Assembly: GCA_964016885.1 (NCBI GenBank)
Contig: OZ024740.1
Span: forward strand, 150,536,001-150,600,000
Origin: Eledone cirrhosa
Lineage: Eukaryota
Reading direction: 5' to 3'
DNA length: 64,000 nt
The position numbers and the translations under genes were made by a program. How positions within the stretch are numbered: the stretch's first letter is position 1; the number at the start of each line of letters is the position of its first letter. The notes below the pieces were generated by a model. The model did no database searches. It worked only from the letters and a program-made list of their open reading frames with translations, and was not told where the DNA came from. Of this stretch, positions 10,237-23,900 are shown in pieces.

Positions 10237-10390
10237 TATCTATCTATCTATCTATCTATCTATCTGTCTGTCTGCTGTCTTTCTGTTTTTCTGTCTCTCT
10301 CTCTCTATATATCCATCTATCTATCTGTGTCTGTCTGTCTGTTTTTCTGTCTGTCTGTCTCTATATATATCCATCTATCTGTCTGTCTGA
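10237..10390. repeat. (TATC)n grading into (TGTC)n/(TC)n
   Basis: Direct reading; begins immediately at the 3' end of copy B. Confidence 0.95.
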
Positions 10391-11480
10391 TCGTCTGTAG
10401 TCTTTCAGTCCGCATGACAATGCGCCACATTAAATATTCAATACATTGACACCACAATGTCGTGTGTCAGGTAAATAATAGCAAACTGGGTGGAATTAGA
10501 TCAAAGGAACGGTAGCATCTGTGTTGCCATCAATTGTGAGGTGGAGACAGCTTAATGATGACAGAAACTACAAATTCATATATGTATATACACTTATACA
10601 CGCTTACGTATAAACACACGTTTATCCACAAACACACACACGTGTGTGTGTGTGTGTGTTTGTGTGCGCGTTCGTTTATACATGACTCAATGTAAAGTTG
10701 ATTAATGAACATTTTAATATATGTCTGTGAGTGTGTAAGTTTATATAAGCATACACACGCACATACACAAATATATATATATATAATAAGGAGTTGACGG
10801 ACCCAGCATATTTATCAATGCCACGACCGGTTGTATCTCAGCGTACTCCATGGGCAATGTAGGATACATTCCCACATAGTTATTCGCTTCAATACAACAC
10901 ACGTAAAACGGGTGCCTATAATAGTTCCCGGACTCGAGTTTCGGCCGCACACTGCACCACCCGTCTGCATAAATTATGCAACAATGCACAATCGGCTTAT
11001 GCGGCTTCATCAGCGGGTATCGCCTAATCAATAACCAATCGATCGACATATATATATATATACAGTATATATATGCGTGTGTGTGTATGCAATTGGGCTA
11101 CATGCCTCTCTCGTCACCGACACAGTAGTTTCCTGTCAGGTCGTACCATTGTGGGGTGTGCTAATAGGTTTCAGTCCTCCTCTCCATTCCATTGATTCTG
11201 GTAGGCCTGAAGATTTTGTTTTGTCCCCTATACTCTTAGTCCTCTATAACAATTCCAATTCCTAAGCAAATATGCTACCTAGTTACCTCATGCCATATCT
11301 GCATTAATTCTAAGAAAGAATACCTCGAAAATCACCTTCACAGTGGTGGAGTATGTGATGCCAATCTTATCTCCTTCAATAACACAAAAACACAATTAAA
11401 CAAGAAAAAATGTATTTATTACAGGCATAACCTGTAATAAATACATAGAAAAAGATATTAATCCCTGTTATCTGTTGGAA

Positions 11481-11720
11481 ACGCAGCATGGCCGAATGGT
11501 TAAGAGGTTTACTTCACAATCATTAAGTCTTGTGTTCAATTCCAGTACGTAGCCCCTTGGACAAAGTGTCATTTAACAGAGCCTTGTGCCGACCTATGAC
11601 TTGTGAGCAAAATTAAGTTGACGGAAGCCCGTTAGATGGAGTGTATCTGCGATTCAAAGGACTATCCTTGTCACAATTTGTGTTACATTTAGTATATCCA
11701 TGACAACTTCACTAAGGGAA
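11481..11720 (+). mobile_element. Degenerate tRNA-derived SINE (second family)
   Basis: A-box TGGCCGAATGG, B-box-like TGTTCAATTCC, followed by CCTTGGACAAAGTGTC (CORE-like). Related minus-strand heads at about 11800-11865, 31640-31720 and 60580-60640. Confidence 0.55.
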
Positions 11721-12892
11721 CACGTCTATGAGGAATGTTCAGCGATTTACACGTTACTTTCATGAGTAGGCTGTCCCGTTTATAGAAGAACTGGAACATT
11801 AACGGTCGAACCCAGGACCTAATGATTCCAAGCGAATATCTTAACCGTTGAACCATACCGCACCCAGTAAAGCACAAACACAGACTCATATTATAATACA
11901 TACATATCTCGCTTCATAAGACATCACAAGTTATATTTTTGGGCAATATTTTGATGATTTATAACCACATTAACGAAAATTTATTTTGTAAGAGATACCT
12001 ATTTTAGAACAAAACATTCAAAATGCTGCCATCAGACATAGCAACGGAGCCTGAGATACACGGAGTTCGTTTTACCTGTACTTACGTGTACCCGATTTTC
12101 TAGCGCTATTATCTGTTAGACACGCAGTGACTAACAACAGAATGTTTTAAGTCTGCGTGTTCTGACATATATGCGTAGTTTGTGAATAAAACATTCAAGG
12201 GGTTTCATTGGCCGTGGTGATCCCTGCCAAACATCTTTGTAATGTATCGTCTTATAGGCTAATTTCATCGTCTCATTGGCCAATCAACCAATGAGAGTAA
12301 TTGTTGCTCAAAAGCATCCACCACTTTGTTTGCACGTTTATTTATCGTTTCGCTTTCGAATATTCCTCCTGTATTTCGTCGTTTATCATCAAAATATTTT
12401 TCTCGTTTTGGTAAGTTTTATTGTTAATTTATATATGATTTTAAAAATTTATATTTACTATTTTTTTCAGTTCGTTATAATATGCTTATAATATGCCTTC
12501 TTTCGTTATAATATTGGTTGTATCATATTTACTTGTATATTTGTCCATATTATTGTTCGTTTTATGTTAGATTGTTTTTATTATTATTATGTTAGATTAT
12601 TTTTTTTTATTATTATGTTAGACTATTTGTATGTAATATTTAATTTTTATTAATTCAACTATAACAATTATTATGTAAAATATATTTATTTAATATTGAT
12701 TGTCTTTTTGTAGTTGTTTATATTAAAAGTCTGAAAATATTTTTATACATCTTACAATAATATTTATAAGATCATTTATAAAATAACAATTATATAATCT
12801 ACTTACATTACAACGATAATTTATTATTAATATATATCATGTTTAACTAGAGTTATTACAAGCGTTGCCTTAAAAAAATATTAAACTAGACA

Positions 12893-13203
12893 TGAAAAAT
12901 GCATAAGCTCAAAAGAGCCACACAATGTTATAATAAACCTTCAAAAGTGAATTTATAATATAGAATTCGGTTTAAGTGCATTTCGTATTAATCATTACTA
13001 AACATCTAATATGAGATATTGAACATTAGCTTAAATAATTATCGTGTCGTCTTGAGTTCGTTATGAGTCTCTTTTTTATAAAAGGATGCCACAGAATGTA
13101 CCATAGATAATGATTACAATATTTTTGAGCAACATCTCTAGTCCCACACTTTTGAAGGTTTATTATAACATTCTGTGGCTCTTTTGAGCTTGCGCATTTT
13201 TCA
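12893..13203. repeat. Foldback/MITE-like element with about 57-bp inverted repeats
   Basis: 12893-12949 (TGAAAAATGCATAAGCTCAAAAGAGCCACACAATGTTATAATAAACCTTCAAAAGTG) is the near-exact reverse complement of about 13147-13203. Confidence 0.75.
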
Positions 13204-13463
13204 GCGATTTATGTGATTGGATCCAGCATTTCAACTTTCAAAATATTCAAGCACCTCGATGAACATAGCTCATAATTTGAACAGATGTTGCCATTTGGCG
13301 TAAGGGTAGCATACTCGGCCAGAACTTGAAAGATATGAAGTTCTATTCTTCGTATTTGCTCATGGTCACTTAATTTTTCTATCCCTATTGGTATTTTACC
13401 CGATTTTCTAAAGCTGTATTTATAGCGATTTCTGCGTTTATATGCCATTATTTAGATGCCATA

Positions 13464-13656
13464 GGGCGGTGGATTGGCAGTATCGGTAGAGGGTCGGACG
13501 CCATGCTTTGCAGCAAAGAGTTACGGCCCTTTAGGGTTTGAGTTCAAATCCCACCGAGGTTAACTTTGCCTTTCATCCTTACGGGGTCGTTAAAAAAAAG
13601 TACCAGTAATACACAGGCATAATTGCTGGCCTTGTGACAAAAGTAGAAACAATTAT
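13464..13656 (+). mobile_element. tRNA-derived SINE, dominant family (OK/MetaSINE-like), short form
   Basis: A-box TGGCAGTATCGG, B-box GAGTTCAAATCC, central GCCTTTCATCCTTACGGGGTCG..AAGTACCAG, 3' end GGCCTTGTG..AAAAGTAGAAACAATTAT; about 20 copies in the window. Confidence 0.88.
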
Positions 13657-14468
13657 AAAAAAAAAAATTATATATATATTAAAAGTTTGAATAGATGCCA
13701 AAACTAGATAAACAACATCCTTTTATCTTTTGAAACACGAAACTGATAATGGTTAGTCTATATTTTGCCACCAATCAATTTTCATTAAATTCATTTTTTT
13801 AATGAATAATATAGTTGATGAATAATTAAATGGAGCATTCAGCAATGTTTACAGACTTTGAAATGATGTAGTTACAATTATTTCTTCTTTTTGCGCCAAA
13901 ATGGTTAAACATTTTACTTATATTATGAGACTGGAAAGAAAACTTTCTTTAGGCTACTTCAGTGGCCTGAGTGTTAAAAGCTTCAACAAATTCTAAGTTA
14001 TAAGCTGATCTTTTGAAAATCCTGGCAACGACGTGCAAAAGAGAGGAATCGATACGAGTATAAACAAACGTCCCTTAATCGTTTAGCAACATAATCGATT
14101 AAGAAGAAAATTAAAGTGAAGAAGAAAGGTGGCACCATGTCCAAGAAGCCAGGACTAGAAGTTAAAGAGTAAGAAAGGAAAAGTAGCAAGTTAAAGCATG
14201 CCAGCATTTCGGTTTGTAGGAAAATAATAATCACTGGAATAAACAGTAGAAGATGCCAGTACTTACTAATTCCTATAAAAACCTCTTCATTTGTTCACCA
14301 TTCTCATCTCTGTATACAACGTACCAAATCTAGTACATATGTAGGAAACCTGCAAAGAGTCATGCCAGGATACATCTTACATCCAAATTCTGCCTATGGT
14401 TCACAAGGGTTTACCAGCAGATCAAATTAATGACTGAAAATCTTATCTCTCTGGAGTCATGTCAAGTA

Positions 14469-15143
14469 CAGGGCAGGATTTAGACCTTGGGATCCCGGGA
14501 AACTAGGTTTTTTGGGTGGTGGTGAGGTGGGGGGACTTATATACAAACAACTAAAATACTCAGAAAAACCCCAATTTTAGTCAACCTGGCGCAATTAATT
14601 AAAATTGAAACACAGGTATTAAATTTAAAAAATCTAACAATTATCCTCATTGTAAGTCCACTTTCCACACTGGCATGTGTTGGCCGGGTTGTCACATAAA
14701 TCTAACTCGGAAGTATACGTAATTGCAAAAATAGAGGCGTATATAGGCGTACATTATATTTATGTATAACACACATACATACATCTCACTTTGACCATGT
14801 CAAATCGACCTCAGTAACTGTGTGAGAACGCCAAATATTACAGGCATGCTCAGCTTTTTGAGGGCATCTTTTAATAGCTCTAAGCAACATCAAATACATT
14901 TTATTAGAATATTATTTTGATAACAATTTGATGTCACTAAAGTTGAGAAAATTTGATGAATTTTAGAACAGTAAGGGCATTAAATACTTTTTGTTAAAAA
15001 TATAGCACCCGTTGTCAAATGTTTAACACTAAAAAGCCCAGTAGAGGGCACAAGTAAATTGCTACGGCCGTCTCTGGTGGGGCCTTCCCGCTGCGGGGGA
15101 CCCGGGGCAATTTCCCCTTTTGCCCCCATTAAATCTAACTCTG
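14469..15143. mobile_element. Probable hAT-type MITE
   Basis: Ends CAGGGCAGGATTTA / TAAATCTAACTCTG are imperfect inverted repeats with GC-rich subterminal blocks; no clear TSD. Confidence 0.5.
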
Positions 15144-15870
15144 TGTATGTTGCTCTTAAAAAAATTGAAGCAGCTGGTGAATATGCCTGTATATTGCTTC
15201 AAATTGTAATGGCACGCGACTAATTTGTCTCATGATTGCATGGTTATGGGCTCGATCCTTATATTTGTAGGCACCCTGTGTCCTTGAGTAAAGCTCTCCA
15301 TCGTTTAGTGCACCAGTCTACTCAGCTGAAAAGGAGTATCAACAACAGCTGAGGCTAACTGTACATTGGACTAGTGCCCTATTTAAGGTGAAGTCTAGTT
15401 CATTCAGTCACTAACTCCTCATGAAACTAAGATGAGCTTCAGCTTTTATACAACCCATGCCGTTATGGAAAAGTGGATGTGGAGCCAATGGTGATGATGA
15501 TTGATCTAAATGAGCAATGTCAAATCACACTTAACAACAACGGAATAACACAAATACTACATAGTGCAGAAATCAAATTCGAGATACAAATATGCTGGTG
15601 GCAAAAGTATACCTAATATCTACATCTAGTTCAATGATTATGAATGGATTCTGAAAAGTATCAGCCCACATAGTTGACATGGTAAATGAAAAGAATTTTA
15701 ACTGTCTGGATCGTCAAGGAGAATGAGCGACACAAAACGTTTTGGAATTTGATGAAAATACTTCTGAATTCATGAAGTTTTTGAATACTTTGAATAATTT
15801 TGAAATCACACTATATCATGTAATCTTGTAAAAGAACAAAACAAAACAAAAACATTATTAGAAAGCAACA

Positions 15871-16054
15871 GGTGGTGGGTTGGCAGTATCGGTAGAGGGT
15901 CGGACGCCATGCTTTCCAGCATAGTTACGTCCCTTTATGATCTGAGTTCAAATCCCGCCGAGGTTGACTTTGCCTTTCATCCTTACGGGGTCGATAAAAT
16001 AAAGTACCAGTAATGCACTGGGTAATTGCTGGCCATGTGCCTAAAGTAGAAACA
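15871..16054 (+). mobile_element. Dominant SINE copy with 17-bp TSD
   Basis: ATTATTAGAAAGCAACA at 15854-15870 and 16055-16071. Confidence 0.92.
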
Positions 16055-17390
16055 ATTATTAGAAAGCAACACACTCTTGGACCTTGCAATGATATTCGCT
16101 TGTTAGTGAATAAAAGGATTCCACGAGTCACAGAGGCAAAAATTCCGACAGATTATGCAATGTTTTCATTCTGAACAATGATCCAAAATAGATGTGCCCT
16201 TTGAATTTAAACAACTTAAGTTTTCAGTAGGGCTTTCGTTTGCAATGAACCTCACCATGGTACAATGAGAACATTTCAAGAGTTCTCGGAATCAATTTAA
16301 ATTCACATTATTTTTCTTATGGTGAATGTATGTTGCGTTTTCGAGAGTTGGAAACAGCAGAAATGTATTCTTTTTAAGCTCCCGGCAGAAAACAAAAAAA
16401 AAAACAAAAACAAAAAAAAAACAAAACAACTAAGGCTACTCTCAAGCACCGCAATAGGCATTGGAAAAAGTTATTGATTAGAAAAATAATTCATTTAGAA
16501 TAATTATGAAAATCAGTAGAGTATTTTTCGAAAAAGAAAACGTTTTACCGGAAAACACTGCTTTTACATATTTTTTTTATTTCTTTCGTATTTTTATAAA
16601 ACTCAACTTGACTCGTCTTCTAAATTGCTTGGATGTAACAATTCTGAGCGAATCAACATCCCCGGAGCAAATGATGATTGTCAGCATCGTGTTAAAGCAA
16701 TTTATCCAAAATATAGTGAATTAATGTGGATGCATTTATTTTTGATATTAATAAACCCGGGCAAGGCCGTGTATCACAGCCAGAAAATACATGACTCACA
16801 CACACCCTAACATATTCACATTCACATATATGTATATGCCTGTGCGTGTATACATATATAAAGAAACATACCACATATGTACATAAAAACATACAAACTA
16901 ATGCGCACAAATACACACACACACAAAGTCAGTTTATGTGCTTTAAGGAGAATTACGTAATAAGACCTATTTAAATATTCATAATAAAGTAATGGCTGTT
17001 GTTAGTAAATACGATGGCGGCCATTTTGATATGGACTACTTATTTCTCGCCACGTCATAAATGCTTATTCACTAAGCTTAAATATTGTCCACTTCAGTAA
17101 GATCACGTTCATCTATCTCAAATGGAATTTGGTCACATCAACCATTATAGCTAACAGACTTCACATATGCTAACATAGCGGTTTGGTGTTGGTGAGGGGC
17201 ACCAGTTCACTCGAATGAATAGAAATGATAAGAATTATATTTTTATAATGCCACTGTAATCTTCGTTTTTAGGTTTGTTCTGATGCAATCCGCCTTTAAG
17301 GATTAATGGTCAGAACTGGATTTTTCCCGGAAGTATCATCATATGTTATTTTGTTTTATTCGTCAAACTATTTTTCTATCTGCAGTTCTC

Positions 17391-17443
<53 letters not shown>

Positions 17444-17865
17444 ATATGCACACACAAAAAGACACACATAAACACACGTACATACACACACATGCATATT
17501 TTATGGGTTTGTGTAATACGTACTCTAAACATATATTGAATAAAATAATTACATACACTTTATAGACTCAAAATAATATTTATTATTAATAGTGAATGTA
17601 AACTTGGAAAATTTTCCGAAACCACCGGCTTCTCAAAACGCCTAACTCAGCAGCATTACTCGGGTGTAACACAATGTCTTTTTCAAAATCTCGTAAACGT
17701 AAAATCCAGAGTTTTACATTCAGTCTAAATGCAATCTAATCTAATAACAATTCTCGGAGTGGGCACGACGTCGACAAACGGCTATAGTACAAAGGCTATG
17801 GGTTATTTCCTTTTATCAGTAGAAGTATATTAAAATATAGCGGCTTTCTCTGTACTTGTTATAAT

Positions 17866-18075
17866 TACATGAGCAAAACACTTCATTTCATGTTGCTCCA
17901 GTATACTCAACTGAAAATGAGTACCAACAGTAGCAGGGAGTTTAACCCTGCGATGGACTGGCGTCCTGTCCATGGGGGAGTATTGTACTCTCAGTCGCTT
18001 AACGCCATGGAAACCGGGATAAGCAGCGGCCTGATGAGCCTCCGGGCTTGAGACAGACTTTAGACTTTAGACTAA
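17866..18075 (+). mobile_element. 5'-truncated Deu/Nin-domain-like SINE
   Basis: CTCAACTGAAAATGAGTACC...CCTGCGATGGACTGGCGTCCTGTCC...GGAAACCGGGATAAGC, with short AGACTT tandem tail. An older relative lies at about 15210-15440. Confidence 0.6.
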
Positions 18076-18831
18076 ACTTTGTACTTGAGGAATTGGCAAC
18101 CCATTCGATCAATCTATTTCTTAAACCTACTGACTAACATTTACCTGAAATAGACAACCATTCTTGCAAATGATTGTCAACGGTTGATTTATATATTTTG
18201 AATATGATGATAATCGTGCATTACAATTAAGGCATAATTAAAGAGAAACAATGCCATTTCAACAACCCGGAACTGCGCTAAACAATTTATCTCAACTGCA
18301 TGATCATATCCTACACATTCGAAAAGGTATCTTTGAAAAATTTCAGTAAAATCATGCATTATTTAGAAAGTCCCGAGGACACTAAAATAGAGTTATGTAA
18401 CTTATAGATTATTTACATTTTGTGAACTGCAGCAATAGTTATATGGTGTGAATGGGATTAACAGAGAAGACAAGATTTTTATAGCAAAATCATTTGAAAG
18501 GCTTTCCTATACTAAAACCAGCAAAGCATTTATTTATATAGAATATAGTCAATAATACATTAAAAGATAAAAATGCATAACGTTTTATAAGAAATTAATA
18601 TTTGGTTCATTTAAACATAATTTCCAAGGACTTTGATTTTATCTAGAATTCGTCCATATTGTCATATAATTGTTTTGTCGTCCCAACAAATTTACGACCA
18701 CTCCTGAAGACATCAAGTAATACAAAATATAAAAATGGCTCAACGTGAAATAAATTATCTTACCCAAGGACAGAGTGAACTTATGACTTTACCCTCGCTA
18801 GACGAACACCGTAACAATTAAGCCATGTGTC

Positions 18832-18889
<58 letters not shown>

Positions 18890-18979
18890 CATGCATACAA
18901 ACCATACATACATACATATACGTATGTATATATATACAGTATATACCTACATGTATTTAGATATATACAAACATATAAT

Positions 18980-20080
18980 CAAGGTCTGTCCTAAAAGTAA
19001 GGGTTCTGATATTCCTATGTAAGACATGGTAAGATAGCACCTCTTTGATGTATATACGGGTGTTGATTATGACCTTGGCTGCATATACATACTTCTTTTA
19101 ACATGATTGATTGTGTCTGTCGTGAGTTATTGCTGTTATGTACAGACATGTTTATAACCTCTGTTACGTTTGCCATACAGGAAAATATAGAATAACGGCT
19201 AGCGTTTACATTTTGTGTTACACTCAACAAATCTGTCACCGAAACATTTAATTCTTTAACAAAAGCGTATGGAGATACCATTCTATCGAGAAGTAAGGTT
19301 TTTAAGTGGCACAATGTTTTCAAAATGGGCAGAAAAATTGTTGAAGATGGACCTCGTTCAGGAAGGCCAATTCTCTTTAATAAATGAACAAAATGTGGAA
19401 GTGGTGCGAGCGGTGATGGCGAAAGATCACCGATTAAGATGATTCCAGTTCACAGAATTTTAACAGGCCATTTGAACATGCGAGAAATCTGTGCAAAACT
19501 AATGCTCCGAAAGCGAACCGGTTAGAAATTTGTCACGAGTTGCTAGAATGACTCGAAATTGAGCCAAATTTCTTGGATAAAGTAATAACAGGAGATGAAT
19601 CATGGGTGCTCGAGTATGTTCCAGAGACAAACTGGAAAAATGAGGAGTAGCACACGAAAAATTCTCCTCGTCCGAATAAAGCACGCATGAGCGGATCCTG
19701 GATAAAAACGATGATTATCATTTTTTCGATAGCCGTGGTATTGTTCACAAAGTATTTTTACATCCAGGACAGACAATTAATCACAGTTTCTACAAAGATG
19801 TCTTTGAACGACTTAGAAAGTGAGTCCAGCGAGTCCGAAAGGACAATGTAGGAGATTGGGTATTGCACCACGATAACATGCCTGCCCGCACAGAACTTTC
19901 AATAAGAGAATTTCTGGTGAAGTCAAACATTTCAACTCTTCCACACCCTCATTACAGTCCAGATCTAGTTCCGTGTGGTGTCTATCTCTTCCCAAATTTG
20001 AAATCGAAGTTGAAGGGTCACCATTTTGGGACTATGGAAAATATTCAAAATTGTAACCAATGAGCTAAGGACGCTCACAG
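18980..20080 (+). pseudogene. Decayed mariner transposon/transposase
   Basis: AYGDTILSRSKVFKWH (HTH), PRSGRP, ITGDESWV, LHHDNMPA, HPHYSPDLVP; multiple stops and frameshifts; 3' end cut by a MITE. Confidence 0.9.
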
Positions 20081-20091
20081 AAAAAAAATAT

Positions 20092-20382
20092 ATATACATG
20101 AATGTATGTATAGTATATTTGGCAATATACCATATGTTTAATTTAAAACGTTTAGAAGACCATACGCTATCGGTTTTAAAGTAGTGACTATATCACTTAC
20201 TTCTTTTCGGCGAAAGAAGGGAGAGAAGCTAACAGTCTGTTTCACGCTGTTGGCGATCATTACAGCCACGCAACCCCTGCTTCCACCGAAAATTATAGGA
20301 GCTAGATTCTTATAGTATATTGCAAAATATACTATACATACATTCATGTATACATCGCTATTTCAGTGCACCAATCCTAATA
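20092..20382. mobile_element. Mariner-type MITE (second copy at about 45114-45360)
   Basis: TATACATGAATGTATGTATAGTATATT..GCAATATAC is inverted at both ends; the outer end read on minus is TATTAGGATTGGTGCA, like mariner TIRs; interior matches 45141-45360. Confidence 0.75.
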
Positions 20383-20392
20383 CACACTCTCT

Positions 20393-20489
<97 letters not shown>

Positions 20490-20628
20490 CGAAGGAAGTG
20501 TGGTAAGGAACCAGATGGACCAGAACGCACCAGAGTATTCAATACTTAGGGTAGCAGAGTGGGTAATAGGAAAATGTTTGACCCTGACGGCAGAGCTGTT
20601 GAGCTCTGCTGTCGGTGTCAAACATTTT

Positions 20629-20707
<79 letters not shown>

Positions 20708-20847
20708 ATGTATATATTTATAAATGTCTTGTAACTGGTGTGGCCGCGCCAGCTTCTTCTTTATCGTCTATGTCAGCCATTAGTAAATCCTATAATAGAT
20801 GCATACAGTTCTTTTCTTGTATCTTTGTTCATGAGGTCTATCTAACC

Positions 20848-20913
<66 letters not shown>

Positions 20914-23900
20914 GCTAGTTTGGGTGTAGGGTAATGTCGATTCAATTGACCCAGTACTTAACTGGTATTTTATTTGATCGATCCGAGATTGATGAACGGC
21001 AAAATTAACTTCAATCGGATTTGGTTATGCATATGTTAGGCATTAACAAACTGAGTATGGTCGAGTACGGCTGATAATATGCTGGTATTCAATATAATAA
21101 AGTCCAGGAGCGAATCACACTCAGCAATATTATAAAATGTCACATAGGAGAACGTAGTTCCAGATTTTCTAAAGATATGGGATGGTCGGGGATAGAATAT
21201 TTTTGATCATACGTCTATTCGATCAGCGCTGTCCACTTTGTGTCCAATGATATGTAGTCGACATCAAACCTTCTGTAATTTCTTCATATCAATTCTGTAT
21301 CCAGAATCAGAGAAAATATCTCACACTACAAAAGTATTCGAAATATATAATACAATGATGGATTTATTTATTGGGGGTTTCAAGCGATTACTAATATTTT
21401 AATGAAACATTCAAACGCTATATATCTCAGCATTGCTAAGGGGCATTTCATGATGAAACAAGCTTTAGCGACAATTCAACATTCCTACTTTAAATAATCG
21501 ATAATGCATTGAACCATTGCTTAATCGTTTTTGACCCTAATGCCGCTACAGTTTACACAAATACAATTCAAGGGTTAATTACGAATCTAAATTCAGATCT
21601 ATTCATTTAAAAGTGACAAAACACTCTGTTTTCTTTTCTTTATGAAAGAGTATCCATCCAATGAGTTTAATATGCTCAAATAGTAACTACAAAAATATAT
21701 TTATAATAGAAATAATAAAACCTAATTCTTTACAAGTATTATTCGTTGGATTTTCGCGCATGTTTTACATATGGTTTATCTAATTTAAAATACCAAATGT
21801 AATCAATATTGTTCTTCCGGTCTTGGATTCTGTTTCCCATTTACATAATGATAACGTATTGGCGAAGGCGTTTACCTTGACATTCACTACAATTTCCACA
21901 GCATTCTGGAAAACAGTGGAAATAAGAATATAGAAAATGGCATTTTCCTATTCACCCTGCATGGACGTTAATGTAAGTTATCAATCACGTTTATGATTAT
22001 CTGTTATATTTCCAACAAATCCTCGAGCAATATATTGACATATTTGCTAGAATTTTAAGTAAAATCTCAAAATATTGCCTTTAAAATTGTAATCTTTCAT
22101 CAGTCGTCATATTTTCGATGTGAAATATTATGTGAAACATATGTAATTGTTCATTCTTCTTTACTAAGAACTTTTGATTATATTCTTATTCGTGCTAAAT
22201 GCATGTGCAGTGGTAGTTTCTTTGATCTGTCTGCATGAGGAACGGTCAGAGCAGTTAAATTAGACAAAGACCCACATAAATGTGATTAAAATTTTGTATA
22301 AAATTAAAGGAATCAGCAGTGCTATTCAACAGACTCAATGTGGTTGACATAGGCCTTGAAGTCAAACTATGAGTTGTATTAATTTTAAATCAATTCAAAC
22401 TGAAGGAAACTTCGCCGTTTATCCTTTTGGGCTAGATCAAATGAAATACCAGCTCACAGCCCAGAGAGCGTTGAACGGGATGCCAAACGATCTCTCATCG
22501 AGTTTTTGATTTGGTTTCCAGCGCCTGGTCTTTTGTGTACCTTCGTCAAAGTTCATTTTGTTGCACGTATTGAGGCCTGATTTCCAAATTGCTGATAACC
22601 ACTTTACTCCTCACCGGTTTAGAATACTTTGGTTAATCAGCGAAATATTGTGAAGCGAACCTCTTAGCTATTCTGTCATGCTGATTCCACTATCACTACA
22701 CCAACGTTATTTCTTTTGCAAGCAGATTTCCTTTTTTTTTTCATCTTGATCCTAATTACATATGTTAGTAGCAGGAACGGGCTTTGCACAGATTTATTAA
22801 TACCGAAAATAAATAAAATCACATGAATTTGCTATATTTTTGATAAATTACTTAAAAAAAATATTGTCAATCTTCAGTCTGTTGGTCTGACGATGTTGAT
22901 TCAGTTAGAATTGTTGCATCCAAAATCCTTCCTTTTTTTCTTAGAAAATCCCCCCCCCCCCAAGAAAACGAAACGTAGTCTATGTTCTTCTTCTTCAAAG
23001 GATGTGGTCCTGTACAAACTTTCAATTGCTTAGATGCAACTTAGAACAAACATACATTCACTTAATACAATATTATCTACATACCTAAATGTATTTTATA
23101 TAAATACGTAGCGCATTCTAAATGATATATATATAATTAAAAAAAATTCCATGAATATTTTATTTTCCGAAGTTCACTGTTGTATAAATAGCATTACAAA
23201 TTGTTTATAGTTCTTACAGAATGGAAATATAAACATATATATAAACAAATATAATAAATACAATTAATCATTACTAGGAACCTAACGAATGTAATACAGA
23301 CTACTATGTGGTTAAAGCGAGAAAAAAATAAAAGGAAAGAAGAAAAAAACAAACAAACAAACAAAACGCCCATCAATTCACAACCAAGTGCGACAATCGG
23401 CTGCATACCACAGAGATCAAGGGAAAATGTTGAGGCAAACCTACACGCTCGGAGCATTACCGCGGATGATGGTGAGGCTAAGTCGCTGAAACAGCCAGGC
23501 ACTCTAAAGGGCATCACCTGACACCTCGGTAAAGTGAGCCGTCAACGATGACAAGAACTTCACTGTCAGTGGCTCAGCTCCACCAAAAGTGTCGAACGCC
23601 TCAGGCTGGAAAATATAGTTATTTGATAGTTCCCGGTATTTTAGGATTTTATTCCGTATACCAAATAGAATGCTTTAAAATATTCGTACCGGCTCTCTGC
23701 TCCCTGAGTTCAAATCCCGCCGAAGTCAACTTTGCCTTTCACTCTTTCGAGATTGAAAAAAAAAGTACCAGTCTAGAACTGGGGTCGATTCTTCCTCTAT
23801 ATCTCTTTCTCATTTCACTTACTTTGTATCTTTCTCTGGAAGAAATCTGCTGTATTCAGGCCTGGAGAGGGATGGTCTCCGCCAGGCATTAAATGCCCAA

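Noticed and set aside
23306-23560. GC-richer segment with short ORFs as a host exon
   Set aside because: No recognisable domain or convincing splice-site pair; could be a decayed repeat.
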